DNA of 55,267 bases from Rhizaria sp. SCN 62-66 (Eukaryota): positions 1-55,267 of the forward strand of contig MEDY01000360.1 of the NCBI GenBank assembly GCA_001724265.1, given 5' to 3'. The notes beneath the pieces are model-generated. The model saw only the letters and a list, made by a program, of their open reading frames with translations. It did no database searches and was not told where the DNA came from. Every line of letters begins with the position of its first letter. Within the stretch, counting starts at the first letter, position 1. The translations under genes and the position numbers were made by a program. Positions 46,765 to 55,267 of this stretch are shown here, piece after piece.

Positions 46765-47379
46765 GGTGTGCGAATGGGAACGCGGGAGGCGCTGCGGGAG
46801 TCGGGAGACAAGAGGAGCAGAGCAGGGGCGCAGTGGAGGTAGGGAAGGAGACCTATAGAGCGGAGACGGGACAGATTATCAGAAAATAATATATGAGAAT
46901 GTGATTAAATGTATGTATAACTTTATCCGCTAGTCCTGCGTCTAATGATGAAGGGGAGGCGCACAGCTGGCACGTTAATAAGGAACGATGATGAGAGGCT
47001 CCTCGAAGCAAAGTAAGAAACCACCGCTTGGTTGGTCAGATAGACTGGGTGGACTGAGTAATCCTTTTAGTCAAGAGAGCGAGCCTCATAGCCGTTGAAG
47101 AGAAGCTCATATGAGAGTGGTAATATCTCTATAATCTCATCGTCATTTTGATTATGTGTATGTTATCGCGTTTTTTTTAGTATTTTATTTACTGGAACTT
47201 GCATTAATTTTCCTTAAAACAGTGATTGCCGTGATCTAAATCACTTGAAGATCACACCCGCGTTTCACTCTGTCAATACTTCCTCCACTCATTCCCTTTC
47301 CAGGCTCTCACCTCTCCTTCGCAAATTGAGACAACCAGAACCGTGCTAGCGACATTGCACGAGCGCATACACGTCATTT

Positions 47380-50300
47380 ATGCGTGTGGAGTTAGCCGCG
47401 ACAGCAGCGCCGGGGCTCGGCGCGCCGCCCCGCAGTGCCGGCTCTGACCTAGTCCCATCAACATCAGTCCCTGCTACTGCCCCTGCTACTGCTCCTGCTA
47501 CTTTCCCTGCAACTGCTGCTAACGCTGACGCCATTGCTGCTGCAGTTGCTACCGCGGTCGCCGCGCTTAAGGCGGAGGCGCAGGCAAAGCTGGATCGGTT
47601 GGCGGCGCGCTGCAACGCCGAGCTAGCGGCTCAGCGCTCGCGTCACGCCGCCGCCCTCTTGGCCGCCGCGGAATCGATGGAAACTGCGCTGGCCGCGGCC
47701 AACGAACGCGCCGCCGCTGCAGAAGCACGCGCCGCGCAGGCGGAGGCCCGGGCTGCCGCCGCCGAGGCCAAGACGTCTGCTGCCGAGGCCAGGTCTGCGC
47801 GGGCTGAGACTAAGGCTGTGAAGGCGGAGGCTGAGGCGACGCGGGCGGGGAAGCGCGCGCGCGAGGCTGCCGCGGGCGCGGACGAGGTGCAGAGCGCGGC
47901 CAGCGGGCTAGCTGCAGCGCTGCTGCGGGCGCGCGGGGAGCTGGAGCTGGCGCGCACGGCTGCCAGTGACACGGACAAAGCCGACACGGTTGACAAGGCT
48001 GACAAGGCTGGCAAGGCGTGGACAAACGCGAATGCAGCGGGCTCAGGCGCACACGCTAATCCCGCTGATGCCACTGATGTGAGAGCGAATGTTTGCAACA
48101 AGTGTCAATGCAAGAGCGACGAGAGCGTGGTCACCGCGAGCACGAGCAGTGTCTCTCCTTCTTCTGCTGCTGCTGCTGCTGCTGCGCCAGTGTCAGCGCT
48201 AGTGTCAGCGCCAGTGTCGGCGCCCTTCTTTAGCCCGTTTTCGCCCATCTCGCCCGACGTCACTCAAAGTCAAGCCGCTGCGTATGAAACTCATGCCGCA
48301 TACGAAAGTGAAGCCTCGCTGGAGCCACACTTAGCAACACCATTGCATGCGTTCGCGACCGCCTCGAATGCGAAGATCACCGCAAGCATTCGAAGTCACA
48401 AGAGCAACGTCACGATCGCTCGCACGGGCGCTGAGACGGAGGCTTCGCTAGCAGCTCTAGCTGCGGCTGCGGGAGCGACTACAGCCGGCGCAGACAACCG
48501 CAACGGCAACGGCAACGGCAACGGCGGTGTGAGCGACCACCTGCAGCGCTCACAGCGTGACGCAATGACAACGCCCGTGCCCAGTCACAACAAGAAGCAA
48601 CAACAGCAACAGCAGCAGCTACAGTTCCAGCAGCTGCAACGCGAGCGCATGAGTCATCGCCGTGATAGACCCGAGTATTCCAAGAACTACGACTGCGGCG
48701 GCAGCGGCAGCGGCAGCAGCAGCGGCAGCAACAGTGACGCTGACGCTGACGCTGACGCTGACGCTGATGATGATGCTGACACTGAAACTGATCCTAACTG
48801 CAGTGACCGGGAGTGCAGGGACAGCGAGTGTGTCAATGAACGTGGCCGCCGCCGCCGTCGCGACAACCACAAGCACAGCTGCCACCGCAGTCGTGCGCAC
48901 AACCATCACGGCCACGGTCACGATCGCGGTCACGGCCACGGTCCCGGTTGCAGTCGCAGGCGAGATCCCACTGACCGCAAGTCAAACCGTGACATTAACT
49001 GTAAACGTAACAACGCTACGCGTGACAGCGGTGCTTCTGTCGCAGCGCCCGGGTCGGGAAACACGGTCTCATCCGTCTCATCAAGCATTTCAGTATCGTC
49101 GGGCTTTTTAGGCCCATCAAGTCTATCTGGCGCGTCGGTGCGCTGCGCCCGCGCCCGCTGCCCCCGCCGCGGCTGCGGCTGCGCCAGCAACGGCCACTGC
49201 CACGGTCACGGTCACGGTCACTGCAGCCGCCACGGCAACGTCGAGAGCAATGTCAGCAGCAGCAACACAGACGGCAGCGCAAGGGGCCTCAGTGTCGCGG
49301 GTGGGGCTCATGGCTATGTTAACGGCGGCGTCAACGGCGGCGCCTTTATGAGCACGCGCGCGCTTCTCGCCGCTCAGGCCGCCGCCGCGCGCGCCGCCCT
49401 GGCCGACGCAGAGGCCGCCGCGGCAGCCGCAGAGACTGATGCTGTGGCCTAGGCCGTAGCCAAAGCTAAGCCGCAGGCAACTGCAGCCGGATCACAGATG
49501 CACCCGTCAGCAGCCGCAGCAGCAGCAGCAGCGGCAGCGGCAGCGGCTGCGGCAGTGGCCAAGGAGGATGCAGCAAAGGCAAGCGCTGAGGCAGTCAAGC
49601 ATGCGCTGGCGCAGATCCTTGCAGCCGCTCAAAGTCAGGCCGCGTCTGGTACGGGCTTTGGTCTGGGCCACATCAGCAACAACAACAACTGCAGTAGCCA
49701 TAAGGGCGCTCTCAACGCTGATACTGCTGCAACTGCTAGCTCAGTGAAGCGCAGCACGAACAACAACAATATCGACTACAATATCGACAACAACAACAGC
49801 AGCACCAGCGCAGGTAATGCAACTGCGGCTGCTTCGGCGGCTGACTGTGGCGGCGGCGGCCACTACGTGAGTCCCCCCTCATCACCGTCGCTTTCACCGG
49901 CGGCCTCGCCCACCGCGAAGTTGCCCGCCGCGGCCTCGCCCGCCGCAAACCAGCCCCCGGCACCCGGCCCCGGCCCCGCTGCCGCTGCCGCTGCTGCCGC
50001 TGCCGATGCCGATGCTGATGCCGTCGCTGCCACCGGAAGATTCGCGGTGGGCTCGGACGCTGGCGCAGGTACTTACACAGGTACTTACACAGGTACTCAC
50101 ACCGCCGCCGCCGACCCCAGTGCGCGGACCTTAGACGTGCGCGACATGCGCTTGTAGCCCTTAGACGTGCACCGCCCCGACGCACCCCATTCAGACACAA
50201 CGGCTAAGGGGCACTTAGACGCGTCTAAGAGGTACTTAGACCCCGTCGCGCTGGCGCTGGGCCTGATTTCGGCGCGCGCAACCACGCCCGCGCCCGCGCC

Positions 50301-51681
50301 CGCGCCCGCGCTTGCTGCTCTGTCGGGGTCGGTGCCAGTGCCGGCGCTGATGCGCCGCGGCAGCACGGGCTCCGCCTTTGCCACGACTCAGCTTAAGCCT
50401 GAGACCGCCGCGCACGCTGCGACTGCTGCTGCCGCTGCTGCTGCTGCTGCCGCCGCTGCCGCTGCCGCTGCTCCTGCGACAGAGAATGCGGCAGAGACTG
50501 CGGCCGCGACGGCGCACTCCGCAGCTGCGAGAAGCAGAGACGGCGATGACGCCGCAAAAGATCGCATTGAGAACGCCGGCCTCACGCTGCAAGACGCACT
50601 GCATGCGGCGCACATCCACGATCAAAGCGACAATACGCCAGCAGCAGATGCAACAACAGCAGCAGCAGCAGCACCACCACCAGCAGCAGCAGCGCAGCAC
50701 CACCAGCATGCACGCGCTCGCAGCAGCGATCTCGGCCGCAGTCTAAGCGCCCGCAGCTCCAGCGCCAGCGGTGTAAGGGCCAGCGGTGTAAGGACCGCCT
50801 CCCCGGCTCCTGCGGCTGCTGCTGCTGCTGCTCACCCGCACGCGCGCGCTGCGTTCGGCCGCACACTGCCCCTGCCACTGCCTCTGCCTCTGCCGCGCGG
50901 CCACGGCCCGCGATCGCAGCCGCACGCGCATGCGAGGTCGCCGTCGCCGTCGATGTTTGCGCGCACGTACACGCCCTCGCAGAGCGCCTATGCGGCAGCG
51001 CACGGCTTTGCCGCGGCCAACACGGCGCAGCGCGGCGCCCGCACCCCGAGTCCCAGCCCCGGCCCCGGCGGCGCCCGCACCCCGAGCCCCAGCCCTGGGC
51101 CCGGCGGCGGCGACGGCGGCGGCGTTGTGGCTCTGAGGGAGGGCGCGCGGGCGCGGGCTGAGCGCGCGGCGGCGGTGTCCGTGGCGCGCGCCGGCTCAGG
51201 CTCCCCGCGTCCTTACTATGGGCCCCTGCCGCTCTACGCGCCGCGGCCCGGCGCTGCAGCCGTGACCGACGCTCGGCCACGGTCACGGTCGCGGTCGCGA
51301 GCGCAGTCGGGGACACAGTCACAACCACTATCGCGGACTGGCACGCCGGGGGTTCGGACTCCCGCCCCGTACGGCAGCGCCATGGCCAACACTCTCAACA
51401 ACGCTGCTACTGGCGCTGTTGCTACTGCTGCAGTTGGCGCGAGTGCGGGCGCAAGTGCGAGTGCTGCCGGTCGCTGCGACGCCGCTCCTCTAGTCGCGCC
51501 ACACTGGCCTCAGCAACAGCTGCCACAGTTGCAGCCGCAGCTGCTGCAGCAGGCGCAACAGCCGGTGTTCAAGGTGAACGCGGTCACGCGCGACGCCAGC
51601 GGCGGCTTCGGCTCGCCGCCGCCGCTGCCGCCTGCGCACGCACACGCGCGTGGACACGCGGCTGCGCGCGTTGCAAAACAA

Positions 51682-51718
<37 letters not shown>

Positions 51719-52158
51719 TTGTTCAACGGCGTCAGATGCAGAGTTTGGCGCATAGTCAGTCCTGCGACACTGAGCTTCAACCGCAAGACCAAGATCAACA
51801 GCAACAGCAGCAGCAACAGCAGCAGCCGAAGTCAGAGCAGCAGCAAGAGCAAGGTTATGATGTACTGGTGAGTCGCAGTGTCATTGACGACTGGGACGCG
51901 AGGCGGCTTGACTTCGGCGACAGCGCCCCTGTGCCGTCAGTGCCAGCTTTAGCCATACTTGCAGTGCAGCCAGCTTTAGCAGCGACACAGAACGTGGCAA
52001 ATGACGCTCATCACGCCGCCGTTAACGGTGTTACTCTCGCTGGAGCTGACTCAGGAGCGGGCATTGTGCAGCACATTGCAGCCGCTCTGGTCGCTGGCGA
52101 CGACGCCAGCGACTACGGGTTTGAGATTGTGGACGAAAACAGCGCTGCTACGTACTGA
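47380..52158 (+). CDS. Hypothetical protein with N-terminal coiled coil and low-complexity body; about 1592 aa if 2 in-frame TAG are read as sense
   Basis: ORF pieces 47380-49452, 49498-50157 and 50167-52158 are the same frame, separated only by TAG at 49450 and 50155, with coding-like sequence continuing immediately (ETDAVA*AVAKAKPQ; RDMRL*PLDVHRPD). Ends TGA, then AT-rich 3' flank. Confidence 0.78.
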
Positions 52159-52697
52159 TCGGTAGACTGTGTCACTGCAGTGTCTGAGCGCGCTGTTGCC
52201 AAGGCTCAGAACAAGTTTGTCAGAATAAGAACTTGAAGAGTAACAATCAAAGTGATGTTGTTTCAGTTCAAATGAATATCTACATAGAACATGTTTTTTC
52301 AATAGAGTGATATTAGAGTACAGACTACACAGAAATTTATTATCAATAACAAAGCACAATACGCCCAAACAACGAGGCTGTCGCAACTCAACTCAAAGTA
52401 TGACGAATACTTGATCGTATGTATTGCATCGATAATATCACTTGTGAAAATACGTCTTGTTTAAGTGAATAATAGAGTGGTTAACATTAATAAAAGCATA
52501 ATCAACGAAAACGACTTCCATCTAATCTCTTAACACAAGTACAAGGAGTATAGTTAGTACCTCGTGTCAACAACAGCAGCAACAAAAAGACAGTCATATC
52601 AGCGTTCCGCTCGCGCCCCGCGCATCCCAGCCCACAGCCCAGGCTTTGCACCGGCGCTCTCTTATCTTATCTGTACAACATCTGCGCTTTGCCCGGC

Positions 52698-54287
52698 TTA
52701 GCAGTAGCTTGCGCGCGCCATCTGCGCGCTCGGCTCCTCATCCTTCGCCGCTGCGACACCACCTTTCTTCGCAACGCCGCTCTTGCTGCCCGTGGAACGG
52801 CTGTTGCCGCTGTCGCGGTCGCTGGGGCAGAGGCGCTTCACCGGGGCGCGCGCAACCTTGCGTCCGGAGACCCAGCCCACGGCGGCAAACAGGTCGATCC
52901 AGAACTTGGCGAGGTTCCAGCGCCAGAACACGTCGGTGGCCTCGGTCTCGGCGGCGGAGTAGTCATAGGGGTGCGCGTGGTGGTAGTTGTGCCAGCCCTC
53001 GCCGCCCGAGAAGAGCGACACCACGCCAGTCTCGCGCGCCTCGATCTTGTCGTTGTACGGCCGGTATCCGTGCCAGTGCGCGAGCGAGTTGACGAGCCAC
53101 GTGACGTGGAGCGTGATGACCCAGCGCAGGCAGCCAAGCGCGGCGAAGCCCAGCCAGAGCCCGCGGCCGGTCCAGCCGTCCGCAGCCGCGCCCGCCAGCG
53201 CGGGCAGCGCGAAGCAGCACAGCAGCGACAGCCAGCCGTAGTGGCGGTCCTGGAACATTACCACGGGGTCCGCCTCCAGGTCCGAGCAGTCGACAAGCTT
53301 GGCGGCGGCGGCGAAGGCGTCGGTGCGGGGCGAGAACACCCATCCCATGTGCGCGTAGAAGAAGCCCCGCGAGATGTCGTACGGGTCCGCGGCCGAGTCG
53401 GCGTAGAGGTGGTGCACGCGGTGCTCGCGCGACCAGTGCAGGATTGAGCTCTGGTTGGCGACCGTGTTGGTGAGCATCAGGATTACGCGCGCGGGCAGGG
53501 CAGCCTGGTAGCTAAACAAAACAAGGAGAGTACAAAAGAGATATTAGTGGGTTCAAATAGTCTTCAAAACAAGATATACTACGATAGAATGCTGCAATAT
53601 AACACGCATTTATGTTAGTTTCTACATCATTTAAGTTATTTACAGGATATATTTACTGCTTATATTGCAGATGACGTACGCGCGGTGCGACCAGAGCCTG
53701 TGCGCGCCCGCTGTGATGCCCATGGTCCCCGTGACGAAGTAGAAGAGCACGGTGGCCACGGCCCAGCGCAGGGCGGCGCCGCGGTCGCTCTGCGCGGCCA
53801 AGTCCGCGGCTGCGGCGACCGCGAAGACGTGGCCGAGCGTGATGACCGCGGCCGCGACCTTGCGCTGGGTCGTCATGCCCACGGAGCTTGTGGGAGCGGC
53901 CGTCAGCAGGGCGGCGCGCGTCTCGTTCGCGGCGGCGGGGGCGGCGCGCGCGCCCGCGACGAACGCGGACGGGTGCGCGCGTGCGACGGGGTCCTTGACG
54001 CTCTTCGGGAGCACGGAAGCGGCGGTGATGGCGGCGGCGGCGGCGGAGGCGGAGGCAGCGCTGGAGGGGCGGGGGCGAAGGGAGGGGGAGCCGTTAGTTG
54101 CGCCAACGCTGGCGTCGGCGTCAGTGGTGGAGTCGCTGTCTCCCGCGGCGTCGGCGCGGGGCGAGGGCGACTTGCTGGCAAAGACGAGGCCCGAGGCAGA
54201 GGCGGGCGCGGAGGCCGCGGCGCGCTTGGTGCTGCTGCTCGCGGGGGGTGCGGGGCCGGCGGCGACAGGAAGCACAGAAGATGGCAT
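52698..54287 (-). CDS. Delta-9 acyl-CoA/acyl-lipid (stearoyl-CoA type) fatty acid desaturase without cytochrome b5 fusion, 2 exons 54287-53680 and 53511-52698, about 473 aa
   Basis: Three His boxes: GITAGAHRLWSHR, WSREHRVHH, GEGWHNYHH; also DPYDISRGFFYAHMGW and TWLVNSLAH. Intron GTACGT..TTTAG 53679-53512 (168 nt) restores HRA|YQA. Stop TAA. Confidence 0.96.
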
Positions 54288-54799
54288 CCTCTCTGAGAGA
54301 CAAGATTAAAAACAAGATTAGTGAGAGATACACATGTGATAAGGTACATATTAAGTTATCAACGACATAGCCTTTGATGTTAAAACGCAAGAGTGGCGGA
54401 AGAAGGGTGATTGCGTGTTTGATGGAAACGTGTCAACGAGACGGATCAGGTCTGTAAATCAGGCTATATCATCGTCATATGTGGTAAAAATTTGAAGAAG
54501 TAAACTTCAAGTAACACTTCTTTGAAAACAGTTAGAAAAACCAAATAATATCTTATTTAAGCTTACCGTCACTTCTTTGATAGTTCCTCCGTTCCCCCTT
54601 CAAGTCGTGACCCAAGGACTGTGGGCCATGACGCCTCGGTCTCTGTCACTGCCCAGTCCGACCGTTATCTCGGTGAGCCATCTTCTCATGTCTGGCTCTC
54701 GATGGAACCATCGTTGTTTCGTGTATCTGTTGGGTATTGTATTATTCAGTGCTGTTTACTTCTTATATTTTAATAATTTGTCTTGGTTCTTCTTCGAAG

Positions 54800-55267
54800 A
54801 TGTCGTACTACCAGCAGCAGAAGATGAGGACCTCGTCTTCTGTCGCCCCTGCTTCCTCAGCCGGGGCCAGCGCTGGGGTACTTGGCACTGGCACGGCTCG
54901 GAGCGGGCCAGCGCACGGCCCCGCCGTTCCCCCGCCCGTCTCCGTGACCGGCCGGCCTCACCCGACCCCTTCCTCCTCGTCCTCTGCCTACAGCAGCAGC
55001 GGTCACTTCAAAGGCACTCGCACACTCACTTCGTCGTCCTCCTCTGCGTCCTCCTCAGCGGCGCCCCCCGCCGCGGCGGCGTCGGACGCGTTCCTGCTGC
55101 GCGACCGCGTGCGCCTGCTGGAGCAGTACTCCCTGCGCGCGCCCGCGCTCTCGCCCGCGCTGGTGCCGCCGCCGCCTGACGTGGCTGCCGACGCGCTCGA
55201 CGCCGCGCTCGCCACGGCCGCGCTGCTCTCGACGACCGCGGCCGCCGCCGCCGTCGCGGGGGGCGCC
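54800..55267 (+). CDS. Hypothetical protein, N-terminal part (runs off the window)
   Basis: ATG 54800 opens MSYYQQQKMRTSSSVAPASS..DAFLLRDRVRLLEQYSLRAP.. with no stop to the window end; GC jumps at the ATG. Not in the ORF track because it lacks a stop. Confidence 0.7.
   Translation, partial: MSYYQQQKMRTSSSVAPASSAGASAGVLGTGTARSGPAHGPAVPPPVSVTGRPHPTPSSSSSAYSSSGHFKGTRTLTSSSSSASSSAAPPAAAASDAFLLRDRVRLLEQYSLRAPALSPALVPPPPDVAADALDAALATAALLSTTAAAAAVAGGA

Overview
Gene-dense window from a GC-rich, intron-poor eukaryote (probably a flagellated protist; lineage not identifiable from the sequence). It contains the 3' end of alpha-tubulin, two tandem giant La/LARP7(p65)-like RNA-binding paralogues, Ku70, a full-size ABCG/PDR transporter, a CDKL5/LF5-type kinase, cytoplasmic poly(A)-binding protein, a delta-9 fatty-acid desaturase and five low-complexity hypothetical genes. 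Main result: three genes that the ORF track splits into pieces are single uninterrupted reading frames whose only internal stops are TAG (14 of 14, no frameshifts over about 16 kb). Many of these TAGs sit at Gln positions of Q-rich periodic repeats, and two lie inside La-module domains. All 12 gene ends I can see use TAA (8) or TGA (4), never TAG. This points to a nuclear genetic code with UAG = glutamine while UAA/UGA remain stops. All translations and alignments were done by eye; no database search was run.
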